Shown: positions 1-10,256, counted from the first letter of the stretch. The stretch is DNA of 64,000 bases from Terriglobia bacterium (GCA_963748015.1 CAVVHE010000004.1:640001-704000); one strand, 5' to 3'. Program-made: numbers and translations. Notes: generated by a model from the letters alone, not told the origin.

Positions 1-829
1 GGGCCTTGGCGCCCTGGTCGCGAACGCGCGAGGTCGGCCCGAAGCAGCCGGTGCAGGGCATGTTGCCGCCGATGCACTGGGCCTCGCAGGCGCCCCGGGT
101 CGCCGGGCCCATGCAGACGACCCCCTGGGCGAGGAAGCACTTCGCCGGGTCGAGCAGAATCCGGTGGGGCCGGACGAACTCCGCGTACGCCAGATCTGCC
201 GGCTTCGAGTCCTTGCGCGGGCACTCGTCGCAAAGGGCGACGTCCGGAGCGAGGACGGAACCCTTCTCCGGCAAGCTCCCCGCCAGCAGGCCCTCGACCG
301 CACCCTGGAGCAACTTCGGCGTCGGCGGGCAGCCGGGCACGTAGTAGTCCACCGGGACCACCTGGTCGAGGGCGCGGACGACGTTCCTGAACTCGGGAAG
401 GGTTGCGACGAACCCGTTCTCTCGATGCTCGAGCTCGGGGCGGGTCCCGGCCGGGTTGACCGTCGAGGAGGACTCCCCGTAAACGTAGCGGAGGATCTCC
501 TCGCGGCCGAACTGGTTGGCGAGGGCCGGGATGCCTCCCTGATGAGCGCAGGACCCGTAGGCGATGAGAACGCGGCTCTTCCTGCGGAGGAGCCGGGCCA
601 TCTCCTCGTGCTCCGACGTCCGTATCGCGCCGTTCAGGAAGGTGGCGGCGATGGAGCCGTCCGGCAGGGCCTCGACGTCGTGCTTCTTGAAGTCCATCGC
701 GACCGGCCAGAGCACGATGTCCACGGCGTCCAGGACGTCGAGGACACCCTCGGCGAGGTCCACCACCGACTCCTCGCAGCCGCCGCAAGCGGCGCACCAG
801 TAGAAGGCGATCTTCGGCTTGTCAGGCAT
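1..829 (-). CDS. mvhG: MvhG-like [NiFe]-hydrogenase small subunit (group 3c type), partial, runs off the left edge
   Basis: Not in the ORF track. My translation from ATG at 829: MPDKPKIAFYWCAACGGCEESVVDL...GSCAHQGGIPALAN...YYVPGCPP...CDECPRK...CFLAQGVVCMGPATRGACEAQC...PCTGCFGP, i.e. small-subunit Fe-S Cys motifs. Start overlaps the mvhD stop. Confidence 0.85.
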   Translation of the reverse strand, partial: MPDKPKIAFYWCAACGGCEESVVDLAEGVLDVLDAVDIVLWPVAMDFKKHDVEALPDGSIAATFLNGAIRTSEHEEMARLLRRKSRVLIAYGSCAHQGGIPALANQFGREEILRYVYGESSSTVNPAGTRPELEHRENGFVATLPEFRNVVRALDQVVPVDYYVPGCPPTPKLLQGAVEGLLAGSLPEKGSVLAPDVALCDECPRKDSKPADLAYAEFVRPHRILLDPAKCFLAQGVVCMGPATRGACEAQCIGGNMPCTGCFGPTSRVRDQGAKA

Positions 830-1310
830 GGACGACGACCTCCTCCGCCTCGGGCCGCTGCTCCGGTTCCGTGACCTCGCGGTCCCACTCCGCGGCGCGG
901 CCGGGAAGATCGAGGGGGCCGAGCGCGCGGACGTCCTGCACCATCTGGTTGACGACGCGCTGGACCTTGTCCCCCTCCGCCGCGGAGATCCACTCGAGGC
1001 GGCAGCGCCCGTCCTCGATCCCCATTCCGGCGAGCACCCGCTTCATCAGGTGGAAGCGCCTCAGGGCCTTGTAGTTCCCCTCCATGTAGTGGCAGTCGCC
1101 CGGGTGGCAGCCGCCGATCAGCACGCCGTCGGCGCCGCGGGCGAATGCCTCGTAAACGAACTGCGGGTCCATGCGGCCCGAGCACATGACCCGCACGACC
1201 CGCGTGTTCGGCGCGTACTTGAGGCGGGAGACCCCCGCGAGGTCGGCCGCGGTGTACGTGCACCAGTTGCAGAAGAACGCCACGATCCGGGGTTCCCAGT
1301 TTTCAGGCAT
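822..1310 (-). CDS. mvhD: MvhD/FlpD-type [2Fe-2S] subunit
   Basis: MPENWEPRIVAFFCNWCTYTAADLAG...RVMCSGRMDP...GGCHPGDCHY; ATG at 1310 overlaps the hdrA stop. Confidence 0.93.
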   Translation of the reverse strand: MPENWEPRIVAFFCNWCTYTAADLAGVSRLKYAPNTRVVRVMCSGRMDPQFVYEAFARGADGVLIGGCHPGDCHYMEGNYKALRRFHLMKRVLAGMGIEDGRCRLEWISAAEGDKVQRVVNQMVQDVRALGPLDLPGRAAEWDREVTEPEQRPEAEEVVVHA

Positions 1311-3303
1311 GGACGAGGACTCCCTCGATCTCGCTGAAGATCTGATCGTCTTCGAAGAGGTTCTGGCGGATGGCGCCGGAGGGGCAGGCGGCGACGCACG
1401 TGCCGCACCCCTTGCAGAGGGCGCCGTTGACGGAGGCCTTCTTGCGCTCGTCGCCGTACGAGATGGCCGAATACGGGCACAGCGCCACGCAGGACTTGCA
1501 GCCCGAGCAATCATCCTCGGTGATGTACGCCGTGTTCGGCTCGAGCTCGACGCGCCCCGCGTCGATGAGGGCGAGGGCGCCGGCCGCGGCCGCACCGGCC
1601 TGGGCGACGGTGTCCGGGATGTCCTTCGGGCCCTGGCAGCACCCCGCGAGGAAGATCCCCTCGGTGAACGTGTCCACCGGGGCGAGCTTGGGGTGGCGCT
1701 CCATGAAGAACCCCTCGCTGGAGCAGCTGATGTTGAACATCCGCCGCACGTCCTGGGCGTCCGCGTGGGGCTCGAGGCCGACCGCGAGCACGACCATGTC
1801 CACCGGGATCCTGCGGACGAAGCCGGCGAGCGTGTCCTCCACGCGGATCACGAGACGGCCTTCCTCCTCGGGGGTCATCGTCCAGTCGGTGATCTCCGCG
1901 ACGCGGCCGCGGATGAAATTGACCCCCTCCTCGCGGAGCTTGTCGAAGAACTCCTCGTACCCTTTTCCGGCCGCGCGGATGTCGATGTAGAAGTTGTAGA
2001 CCTGCGCTCCCGTGTGCTCCTTGATCAGGTGGGCCAGCTTGAGGGAGTACATGCAGCACACCCGGGAGCACCACCGGTGGGTCTTCTCGTCCCTCGACCC
2101 GACGCAGTGGAGGATCCCGACCGAGCGAGGCTTGCTCCCGTCCCGGCGCCTGATCTCTCCGGCGGTCGGGCCCGACGAGTTGACCATCCTCTCGATCTGG
2201 AGCGAGGTGAAGACGTCGTCGTAGATTCCGAGACCGTACTGGGGGATCCGGGTGGCGTCGAACGCCTGGAAGCCGGTGGCGACGATGATGGCGCCCACCT
2301 CGATCTGGCGGATCTCCTCCGTCTGGTCGAACACGATCGCGTCGCGGTCGCACGACTCGACGCAGGTGCTCTTGCACTTGCCCGTCTTGACCCGGATGCA
2401 GGTTTCCGGGTCGACGACCACCACCTGCGGGGTGGCCTGCGGGAAGGGGATGTAGATCGGCTTCCGCTTCCCGAGTCCCTCGTTGAAGCCGTCGGTCACC
2501 CGGGCGTCCTTGTAGACGCAGGCGTCGATGCACTGCAGGCATCCGACGCAGAGATCCTCGCGGACGTAACGGGGACGCCGCCTCACGGTGACCTTGAAGT
2601 TGCCGACGTACCCGTCGACGGCCGTGACGTCCGAGTAGGTCCAGAGGGTGATGTTCTCATGCCCCTTCACCGCGGACATCTTGGGCGTGAGGATGCAGGC
2701 GGCGCAGTCGAGCGTCGGGAAGGTCTTGTCGAACTTGGCCATGTGGCCGCCGATCGTCGGCTCGCGCTCGACGAGGTAGACCTTCTTCCCGGCGCTGGCC
2801 AGGGTGAGCGCGGCCTGGATCCCCGCGATGCCGCCCCCCACCACGAGGACGTCCGGATGCACGGGAACCGAGGTGCGCTCGAGCGCCCTGTGGAAACGGA
2901 CGCGGCGGACGGCGGCGCGCACGAGGTCCTTCGCCTTCTCGGTGGCGGCGCGCGGGTCGTCGTGCACCCACGAGTCGTGCTCCCGCAGGTTGACCATCTG
3001 GAAGAAGTAGGGGTTGAGCCCGCCGCGCGCGGTGGCCTTGCGGAAGGTCTCCTCGTGGAGCAGGGGAGAGCAGGACGCGACCACGATCCGGTTCAGGCCG
3101 TGGTCGCGAATGTCCTGCTGGATCATCTCCTGGCCGGGGTCCGAGCACATGTACTTGTAGTCGCGCGACACCGCGACGCCCGGGAGGGCGGCGGCGTACT
3201 CCGCGACGGCCGCCACCCCGACCTTCCCTGCGATGTTCGATCCACAGTGGCAGACGTAGACGCCGATCCGGGGTTCGTCCAATTTCGGTTCCACGACGTT
3301 CAC
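1303..3303 (-). CDS. hdrA: Heterodisulfide reductase subunit A (FAD, Fe-S)
   Basis: RIGVYVCHCGSNI, VVGGGIAG FAD motif, DKTFPTLDCAACIL, CVGSRD...CSRVCCMY, C-terminal ferredoxin; 666 aa. Confidence 0.96.
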   Translation of the reverse strand: MNVVEPKLDEPRIGVYVCHCGSNIAGKVGVAAVAEYAAALPGVAVSRDYKYMCSDPGQEMIQQDIRDHGLNRIVVASCSPLLHEETFRKATARGGLNPYFFQMVNLREHDSWVHDDPRAATEKAKDLVRAAVRRVRFHRALERTSVPVHPDVLVVGGGIAGIQAALTLASAGKKVYLVEREPTIGGHMAKFDKTFPTLDCAACILTPKMSAVKGHENITLWTYSDVTAVDGYVGNFKVTVRRRPRYVREDLCVGCLQCIDACVYKDARVTDGFNEGLGKRKPIYIPFPQATPQVVVVDPETCIRVKTGKCKSTCVESCDRDAIVFDQTEEIRQIEVGAIIVATGFQAFDATRIPQYGLGIYDDVFTSLQIERMVNSSGPTAGEIRRRDGSKPRSVGILHCVGSRDEKTHRWCSRVCCMYSLKLAHLIKEHTGAQVYNFYIDIRAAGKGYEEFFDKLREEGVNFIRGRVAEITDWTMTPEEEGRLVIRVEDTLAGFVRRIPVDMVVLAVGLEPHADAQDVRRMFNISCSSEGFFMERHPKLAPVDTFTEGIFLAGCCQGPKDIPDTVAQAGAAAAGALALIDAGRVELEPNTAYITEDDCSGCKSCVALCPYSAISYGDERKKASVNGALCKGCGTCVAACPSGAIRQNLFEDDQIFSEIEGVLVHA

Positions 3304-3312
3304 CTCTCCCCC

Positions 3313-4191
3313 CTATCCCACGGTGGCCAGGCTGTGGGAGGCGAGCGCGGAGTGCGCCGACACGATGTTCCGGTTGAGGCCGAGCTCCTTCTCGGAGTGG
3401 CCGAGCGCCAGGCCCACGAGCTGCGTGAAGTAGACGGTCGGAACGGAGACCTTCTCGCAATCCCGGGCGATCTTGTCCTGGTACGAGTCGAGGTTGAAGT
3501 GGCACAGGGGGCAAAGCGTGGCGATCACGTCCGCGCCGCGCTTCTTCGCCTCGCGAATCAGGAACCACGCCAACCGCACGCCGACGTCCGGGACGGTGCC
3601 GGTGAGGCTGCCGCCGCAGCACTTCGTCTTCAGCGGATAGCGCACCACGGTGGCGCCTACCGCTTCGAGAAGCCGGTCCATCAGAACCGGGTAGGTCTGA
3701 TGGTCGAAGCTCGAATACGGGCGCACCACCTGGCATCCGTAGTACGGAGCGACGGCGAGCCCCTCGAGAGGGCGGACGACCTTCGCTCTGATGGCATCGA
3801 GACCGACGTCGTTGACGAGGACGTCGAGCGGGTGGCGGATGTGAACGTTACCGTCGTACTTGAGCCCCGCCGCGGCGAGACCCCGGTGGACCCGCTGGTG
3901 CAGGTGCGGGTGATTCTTGATGTAGCGCTTGGTCTTTTCGAGGACGAGGTAGCAGGCGGCGCAGGGGGCCACGAGGTCCTGGTTCATCGGCTCCGCGATC
4001 GCGAGGTTCCTCGCGGCCAGGGCGAACGCGGCGGAGTTGTGGACCGAGCTGTAGGAGGTCGCGCCGCAGCAGTTCCAGTCGTCGATCTCCTGCGTCTCGA
4101 CGCCGAGCGAACGGAAGACGGCGAGGAGCGACTCTTCGTAGGCCTTGCCGGTCCCCTTGAGCGAGCAGCCCGGATAGTACGTGTATCTCAT
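3313..4191 (-). CDS. hdrB: Heterodisulfide reductase subunit B (CCG domains)
   Basis: MRYTYYPGCSL...WNCCG...PCAACY...YYGCQ...KCCGG...LCPLCH; ATG at 4191 overlaps the hdrC stop (ATGA). Confidence 0.94.
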   Translation of the reverse strand: MRYTYYPGCSLKGTGKAYEESLLAVFRSLGVETQEIDDWNCCGATSYSSVHNSAAFALAARNLAIAEPMNQDLVAPCAACYLVLEKTKRYIKNHPHLHQRVHRGLAAAGLKYDGNVHIRHPLDVLVNDVGLDAIRAKVVRPLEGLAVAPYYGCQVVRPYSSFDHQTYPVLMDRLLEAVGATVVRYPLKTKCCGGSLTGTVPDVGVRLAWFLIREAKKRGADVIATLCPLCHFNLDSYQDKIARDCEKVSVPTVYFTQLVGLALGHSEKELGLNRNIVSAHSALASHSLATVG

Positions 4192-4778
4192 TTCGCCATC
4201 CCCTTCTCGGCTTCCGCGGCCTCGAGGAGACGCCGCAGCTCCCTGCGCTGCCGGATCGCGTCGGCCCTGAAGGACATGCGGCCGGTTCGGAGCAGGTTCA
4301 GTCCGAGGCGGGTCATTCCCAGGATCTTGAAGATGTTCGTCTTCCAGAAAAGTCGGATGACGAGCCAGCTCTCCGTGGAGCGTCCCCTCGACCGCACGAG
4401 GCTGAAGAACTCCTGGGCCAGGACCGGGATCGGAAGGCGCTTCGGAAACACCCCTTCCTTGATGGCCCTCTGCTTGAGCGCATACATGATGTTGGTGATC
4501 TGAATTTCCTTGGGGCACTCCACGGTGCAGGCGTAACAGGAAGTGCAGAGCCAGATCGTCATGCAGCGGAGCGCGTCGTCCTTGAACCCGGTGCGGGTGA
4601 GGGCGATGACGCGCCGGGGCGTGTAGTCCATGAACGTGCTGAGGAGGCAGGCCGCCGAGCAGGTTCCGCACTGGAAACAGCTCGTGAGGTTCTCGCAACC
4701 CGGGATCGCCGCGATCTCCTGGGCAAATGTCGGGTCGCGCTCCGCCTCGTACTTGATCGTTTGCTTGATCGGCTCCAT
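4188..4778 (-). CDS. hdrC: Heterodisulfide reductase subunit C (2x[4Fe-4S])
   Basis: CFQCGTCSAAC and IWLCTSCYACTVECP motifs; first gene of the hdr operon. Confidence 0.93.
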   Translation of the reverse strand: MEPIKQTIKYEAERDPTFAQEIAAIPGCENLTSCFQCGTCSAACLLSTFMDYTPRRVIALTRTGFKDDALRCMTIWLCTSCYACTVECPKEIQITNIMYALKQRAIKEGVFPKRLPIPVLAQEFFSLVRSRGRSTESWLVIRLFWKTNIFKILGMTRLGLNLLRTGRMSFRADAIRQRRELRRLLEAAEAEKGMAK

Positions 4779-5447
4779 GGGCGCCCCTTTTTCGGAGTTT
4801 TCCGCCTCCGGTTACCTCGCGGTGCTTGGGGAAACGGGATGTTCTAGATGGGGAGATAGCCGGGCGGGCCTGCTCTGTCGGGAAACTCTACGTCAAAAAT
4901 GCGCGATGTGCTGAACAAAACGTCATTCGTCCTGGTCGTAACGACGAACTTGTAAACAGCCCTGCGTCCAAACGCTTGTGGCGAAAAGATCGAGTGGCAG
5001 TGGGTGTGGTTTTCCATATCACCGTCCACGACGAACCATTCTCGTGTTCATGCGGCGACGCCGGCGCCCCCGCCTCGGCGCATTCCGCGCGAAACTGGGC
5101 GGGTGCGAAAAAGCCTGCACAGGTCAAACAATTGGAGACATGCATCGCCCGCGCGCATGGAGTCCGGGAAGCTGGTTCGACGGGGTGCCAAGAGTCATCC
5201 CCTTCGGCGTGTGGTTCCTTGAACAAACAACATATCACCACCGTTTTCTTTTCGCACGATGCGGCCTAAAGAGGTGTTTTATTTCACGGATTGTGTGTTT
5301 TGAGAGCACAATTGGGGCGCGCAAGGAACGCGCCGGTTGGGCCGGTTCGCAGGGATGGCGGGTAACCGGTCCCTTGCGGCGGCGGGACGAGGTCGGTTAA
5401 CGTCGGGTCCAGCGGGCGGCCCGTGGCCGTGGCCGTGGGAGGATTGG

Positions 5448-6632
5448 GTGGCTCAGCGCGGATCGACCTTCGAGTGGCTCGAGTGCTCGCGATGTCACGT
5501 GGCCGCGGATGCCGCGACCTTGCAGAATCTCTGCCGCTGCGGCGGCGTCCTGCTCGCGAGGTACCGGCTGGACGAGGCGGCGCGGACGCTGAAGCGGCGG
5601 AAGCTCGAGGGAAGGCCTCCGACGCAGTGGAGATATGCCGAGGTTCTCCCCGGCGCCGACCAGCCCGTCACCCTCGGCGAGGGGTTTACGCCGCTCCTTC
5701 CTGCGCCGTTCCTGGGCCGGCAACTCGGCGTGCCGAAGGTGTTCGTGAAGGACGAGTCCCTGAACCCCACCGGCTCGTTCAAGGCGAGGGGGATGTCGGT
5801 CGCGATCACGATGGCGCGGAAGCTCGGCGCGCGTCGCGTTGCGCTCCCTTCGGCGGGGAATGCGGGGAGCGCGGCGGCGGCCTACGGCGCGCTCGCGGGG
5901 CTGGGCGTGGATCTCTTCCTTCCGGACGACACCCCCGAGCCGTTCCGGTTGGAGGCGGCGGCCTACGGCGCGACGGTTCATCTCGTGGACGGGGACATCA
6001 CGGTCTGCGGCGCGCTGATGCGGGAGGGGACGGCGAGCGAGGGGTGGTTCGACCTGTCCACGCTCCGCGAGCCCTATCGTCTCGAGGGGAAGAAGACGAT
6101 GGGGTACGAGCTGGCCGAGCAGCTGGGATGGCGGCTCCCGGACGTGATCGTCTATCCCACCGGCGGGGGAACGGGGCTCGTCGGGATGTGGAAGGCGTTC
6201 GAGGAGATGGAGCAGATGGGCCTCGTCAAGAGCGGGCGCCGGCCGCGAATGGTCACCGTCCAGGCGGAGGGGTGCGCGCCGATCGTCAAGGCCTTCCGAG
6301 AGGGGGCGACTCGCGCGGAGCCGTGGCCCGACCCGCGCACCTACGCGAGCGGCCTGCGCGTTCCCTCGGCGATCGGGGACACGCTGATGCTGGCGGCGCT
6401 TCGGGAGTCGAACGGAACGGCGCTGACCGTGGGTGACGGGGAGATGGCCCGCGGGCAGCTCGAGATGGCCCGTGGCGAGGGGATCTTCGCCTGTCCCGAG
6501 GGCGGGGCGGCGCTCGAGGGCGCGAGACGTCTCGTCGCCGAGGAATGGATTCACCCCGACGAGACGGTCGTGCTGTTCAACACCGGCACGGGTCTCAAGT
6601 ACCCCCGGATCCCGGGGTTGCGCGTGCCGTGA
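5448..6632 (+). CDS. thrC: Threonine synthase (PLP, fold type II)
   Basis: LGEGFTPL, KDESLNPTGSFKARG, SAGNAG, YPTGGGTG, NTGTGLKY; GTG start chosen after a GGAGGA RBS. Confidence 0.88.
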   Translation: MAQRGSTFEWLECSRCHVAADAATLQNLCRCGGVLLARYRLDEAARTLKRRKLEGRPPTQWRYAEVLPGADQPVTLGEGFTPLLPAPFLGRQLGVPKVFVKDESLNPTGSFKARGMSVAITMARKLGARRVALPSAGNAGSAAAAYGALAGLGVDLFLPDDTPEPFRLEAAAYGATVHLVDGDITVCGALMREGTASEGWFDLSTLREPYRLEGKKTMGYELAEQLGWRLPDVIVYPTGGGTGLVGMWKAFEEMEQMGLVKSGRRPRMVTVQAEGCAPIVKAFREGATRAEPWPDPRTYASGLRVPSAIGDTLMLAALRESNGTALTVGDGEMARGQLEMARGEGIFACPEGGAALEGARRLVAEEWIHPDETVVLFNTGTGLKYPRIPGLRVP

Positions 6633-6651
6633 GCCGCGAGGCGGCTCTCAT

Positions 6652-6681
6652 TTGACACTCCTCCGGGCCGGAAAGTAAACT
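6652..6681 (+). promoter_or_regulatory. Putative sigma70 promoter of folB-queD-folE
   Basis: TTGACA-N18-TAAACT just upstream of folB. Confidence 0.5.
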
Positions 6682-6695
6682 CCGCGCGCGTCGAG

Positions 6696-7079
6696 GTGCG
6701 CGTGAGCGACCGTATCTTCATCGAGGGGATCAAGTTCCACGGGTACCACGGTCTGACGCGGCTCGAGCGCCAGATCGGGGTCCGGCTGGCCGTAGATATC
6801 GTCCTGGAGGTGGACCTCTCGCGATCCGGCCGCTCCGACCGGGTGTCGGACACCATCGACTACCGCAAGGTGCATGCGCGGGTCCTCGAGATCGGTAGGG
6901 GGCGTTCCCACAAGCTACTCGAGTCGTTCGCTCTCGTGCTGCTGGACTCGCTGTTCGAGTCCTTCCCCGCGGAGCGAATCTCCTTGCGGGTCCGGAAGGA
7001 GACGCCGGTGCTCGACGGCATCGTGGACTCCGTCGGCGTGGAGTTGAGCCGGACGCGCGACGAGGCGCGGGCGAAGTGA
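6696..7079 (+). CDS. folB: Dihydroneopterin aldolase
   Basis: DRIFIEGIKFHGYHG...DTIDY...LLES...VRK...SVGVE. Confidence 0.9.
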   Translation: MRVSDRIFIEGIKFHGYHGLTRLERQIGVRLAVDIVLEVDLSRSGRSDRVSDTIDYRKVHARVLEIGRGRSHKLLESFALVLLDSLFESFPAERISLRVRKETPVLDGIVDSVGVELSRTRDEARAK

Positions 7080-7423
7080 GGGTCCGGCGGAGCTTCGACT
7101 TCGACGCGGCGCACCGGTTGCCCCATCACCCCGGGAAGTGCCGCGAGCTGCACGGCCACGCGTACCGGCTGGTCGTGACCGTGGACCTGCCTGTCGACCC
7201 GGCGACCGGGCTCGCGGTGGATTTCTCCGAGCTGAAGGCGGTGGTCAAGCGCGAGGTCGTGGACCTCCTCGACCACCGGTACGTGAACGACCTCATCGAG
7301 AACCCGACCGCCGAGATCATGGCCGTCTGGATCTGGAACCGCCTGGCCGCGCCGCTCTCCGGGCTCGTGGAGATCGAGCTCTTCGAGACCCGGAGCTGCT
7401 CGGTCGTATACCGGGGGGAGTGA
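7076..7423 (+). CDS. queD: 6-carboxytetrahydropterin synthase (QueD/PTPS)
   Basis: FDAAHRLP...KCRELHGHAY...DFSELK...LDHRYVND...NPTAE...ELFET. Confidence 0.92.
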   Translation: MRVRRSFDFDAAHRLPHHPGKCRELHGHAYRLVVTVDLPVDPATGLAVDFSELKAVVKREVVDLLDHRYVNDLIENPTAEIMAVWIWNRLAAPLSGLVEIELFETRSCSVVYRGE

Positions 7424-7425
7424 GC

Positions 7426-8010
7426 ATGGATCGCGCGAAAATGGAGGAAGGGGTCCGGCGCTTCCTCGAGGGGATCGGCGAGCGTTTTCCCGGGGACGGC
7501 CTCGACGCGACCCCCGAACGGGTGTCCCGCGCGTGGGTCGAGGACCTGGTCTCCGGTTACGGCGAGGATCCGGAGACGGAGCTGACCTGGGCCCCGGCCC
7601 CTCCCGGTACCGGGCTCGTCCTGGTGCGGCACATCCGGTTCGCCTCGGTTTGCGTCCACCATCTCCTGCCCTTCTTCGGAGTGGCGCACGTCGCCTACCT
7701 TCCCGGAGCGCGCCTCGCCGGCCTCAGCAAGCTCGGACGGGTCGTCGAGATTCACGCCCGGCGCCTCCAGATCCAGGAGCGTCTCACCTCCGCGATCCTC
7801 GCGACGATCGGCCGCGTCCTCGAGCCGCAGGGAGCGCTCGTCGTGCTCGACGCCGAGCATACCTGCATGACGCTGCGGGGCGTGAAGAAGGAAGGGAGCC
7901 GGCTCCTCACGATGGCCGCCTCCGGCGTCTACGAAACCGACGGCGCCGCCCGGCGCGATCTCCTCGGTCTCCTGGCCCCAGCCGGCGGCGGGGCCGGCGG
8001 CGCGAGGTAA
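7426..8010 (+). CDS. folE: GTP cyclohydrolase I
   Basis: TPERVSRAW, FASVCVHHLLPFFG, GLSKLGRVV, RLQIQERLT, AEHTCMTLRGV. Confidence 0.93.
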   Translation: MDRAKMEEGVRRFLEGIGERFPGDGLDATPERVSRAWVEDLVSGYGEDPETELTWAPAPPGTGLVLVRHIRFASVCVHHLLPFFGVAHVAYLPGARLAGLSKLGRVVEIHARRLQIQERLTSAILATIGRVLEPQGALVVLDAEHTCMTLRGVKKEGSRLLTMAASGVYETDGAARRDLLGLLAPAGGGAGGAR

Positions 8011-10256
8011 TGGCAGCGGGCATGCGGGCCATCGTCCTGCTCGCGGCGGCGATCGCCGCGGGAGCGGCGGCGGGCGCGGAAGAGCCGCTGCGTGTCCTGG
8101 CCGCGGCGTCGGGACAGGGCACGCCGCTTCTCCGGATCGGCCTCGACTCGGGGCACAGGATCCTGATCTCCTCGAGCCGCCCTTACCGGATCCTGGACCC
8201 GGCCACCGGTGCCGCGGTCTTCAAGCCCTCCTTCACCGGCGAGACCGCGGTCGTGGCCGATGGCGGTCCCGAGCGGGAACCGGCGCGCGTCTACCGGGTG
8301 CAGGCCGGCTCGTTCTCGAGTTCCGAGGGAGCGGAGGCGGAGCGCGCCCGTCTCGAGAAGGCGATGGGCGTGAAGGGAGTCGTGCGGCGGAATCCCGATC
8401 GGGGCAACTGGAGGGTTCGGCTCGGAGAGGCGGCCGATCGCGAGTCCCTCCTGCCGCTCGTGCAGAAGCTCCGCGCGGCGGGATTCGACGCGGCGTGGAT
8501 CTCCGACGAGCCGGCGGATGCCCAGGGTAGCGTCACGCTCCGCATCGTGGACGCGTCCTACGAGAGCCGGACGTTCGCGGGAGGGCGGCTCGCCGTGATT
8601 CCCGAGGCGGGCGCCCACGTGTCGGTGGAGGGGAAGCCCTATCGCGGCGTGATCGAGCTCCGTCTCTCGCCCTCGGGGATGGTGCGAGCGATCGATTGGA
8701 TCGACCTCGAGCGGTACCTCCTGGGCGTGGTGCCCGCGGAGCTCGGCCCCGAGATCTGGCCGCAGCTCGAGGCGCTCAAGGCGCAAGCGGTGGCCGCGCG
8801 GACTTACGCGTGGCGGCACCTCGGGCAATTCGAGGAGGAGGGGTTCGACCTCTGCTCCACCCCGCGGTGCCAGGTCTACGGAGGCGTGGCCGCGGAGCAC
8901 CCGCTCTCCGACAGGGCGGTCGCCTCGACCCGCGGGGAGATCCTGACGTGGGAGGGGAAGCCGATCTCCGCCCTCTACACCGCGACCTGCGGCGGCCACA
9001 CCGAGGACGCGGCGGAGGTATTCCCGGAGGAAGCGGCTCCCTATCTCGTGGGAGTTCCTTGCCGGGCGGAGGACGCTGCGATCGCCGAGAAGCGGATCCG
9101 CCTCGAGGGGACGCCGATTCGCGAGGTGATCGCCGAGAACGGCGACGACGTGACGCGGGACTGGACGCTGCTGTCGGTCGCGGGGGTCCTCGGCGGCGCG
9201 GGACGGGGAAGCGATCCGAAGGCGCAGGCCGGGACCTCCGAGGTGCGGGCGTGGGCCGCGGCCATCGGCTCCCTCTCGGGGGTCCGCGAGGCGCCGGCGG
9301 CGGGGGGCGACGCGCGAACGCTCGCCCGGGTGGCCGCGGAGCTCTTGTCGGCGGTGGGGTGGGAGGAGCGAGCCTCGGTCCTGCTGGCCGAGGCCGACCT
9401 CGATCCGCTCCTGCGCGACCCCGAGGCCTCGTCGCTTCCGGAACGCGAGCGTCGCGCGCTCGCGTACCTTGCCTGGACGGGGGCGCTTCGGCCCTTCCCC
9501 GACGGCCGGTTCCACGTGTTGGCCCCTGCCTCGGCCGCCCGGCTGGCGCCCGCGCTCGTGAAGATCGGCGAGGCCTACGACGCGTTCGACCTGCGCGAGG
9601 CCGTCGTGCGGGGAGGCTCCGCCGGCGGGATCCGTCTCGCGCAGGGCAAGTCCGACGTGACGCTTCGAGTCTCGACGTCCGCCGCCCTGTTCGGGCTCGC
9701 GGGCGGGCGCGCGGTCCCGGCCCGGCAGCTCGACCTCTGGCCGGGCGACCGGGTCCGCTTCCGGAGGGGCCGGGACGGGACGGTGGATCTCGTCGAGCTG
9801 CGGGGACCGGTCAAGGGAGCCTCGGACGACCGGCTGGCCGCGGTTTACTCCTGGGAGGTGAGGCGCACCCGCGAGGAGCTCGAGGAGACCATCGAGCGGA
9901 AGCTCGGCGTGGGCCGGCTCGAGGGGCTCGAGGTCGTTCGCCGGGGAAGGTCCGGGCGGGTCGTGGAGCTCAAGGTCATCGGCGCGGCCGGGACGGCGAC
10001 CGTCAAGGGTTTCGACATCCGCGGCCTCCTCGACCTGCGCGAGAATCTGGTCGTGGCGGAGCCGCAGCGGGACCGCTCCGGAGGGCTCGTCGCCGTCGTC
10101 TTCGCGGGGAAAGGGTGGGGGCACGGCGTGGGGCTCTGCCAGGTCGGCGCCTACGGCATGGCGCTGCGGGGCAGCGGGTACCGGGACATCCTCTCCCATT
10201 ACTACCGGGGCGCGAAGTCCGGGACGGTCGAGGCCGCGAGCCCCGGGAACCCCTGA
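8010..10256 (+). CDS. SpoIID/LytB-family lytic transglycosylase with SPOR domain, secreted
   Basis: Signal peptide; SPOR-like YRVQAGSF; YLLGVVPAE...EALKAQAVAARTYA...CQVYGG; C-terminal GWGHGVGLCQVGAYGMA. Confidence 0.88.
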   Translation: MAAGMRAIVLLAAAIAAGAAAGAEEPLRVLAAASGQGTPLLRIGLDSGHRILISSSRPYRILDPATGAAVFKPSFTGETAVVADGGPEREPARVYRVQAGSFSSSEGAEAERARLEKAMGVKGVVRRNPDRGNWRVRLGEAADRESLLPLVQKLRAAGFDAAWISDEPADAQGSVTLRIVDASYESRTFAGGRLAVIPEAGAHVSVEGKPYRGVIELRLSPSGMVRAIDWIDLERYLLGVVPAELGPEIWPQLEALKAQAVAARTYAWRHLGQFEEEGFDLCSTPRCQVYGGVAAEHPLSDRAVASTRGEILTWEGKPISALYTATCGGHTEDAAEVFPEEAAPYLVGVPCRAEDAAIAEKRIRLEGTPIREVIAENGDDVTRDWTLLSVAGVLGGAGRGSDPKAQAGTSEVRAWAAAIGSLSGVREAPAAGGDARTLARVAAELLSAVGWEERASVLLAEADLDPLLRDPEASSLPERERRALAYLAWTGALRPFPDGRFHVLAPASAARLAPALVKIGEAYDAFDLREAVVRGGSAGGIRLAQGKSDVTLRVSTSAALFGLAGGRAVPARQLDLWPGDRVRFRRGRDGTVDLVELRGPVKGASDDRLAAVYSWEVRRTREELEETIERKLGVGRLEGLEVVRRGRSGRVVELKVIGAAGTATVKGFDIRGLLDLRENLVVAEPQRDRSGGLVAVVFAGKGWGHGVGLCQVGAYGMALRGSGYRDILSHYYRGAKSGTVEAASPGNP

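Noticed and set aside
1171..4503. 1110-aa plus-strand ORF and similar long antisense ORFs (7929-10607, 51236-53734, 56269-60891)
   Set aside because: Shadow ORFs opposite well-supported genes, expected from high-GC codon bias; no recognisable motifs.
4779..5447. Short ORFs and a possible Rex box (TTGTG-N11-CACAA at 5291-5311) in the hdr/thrC intergenic region
   Set aside because: The ORFs lack coding-like composition and the spacing does not fit Rex (N8). The region is probably regulatory, but I cannot assign a site.
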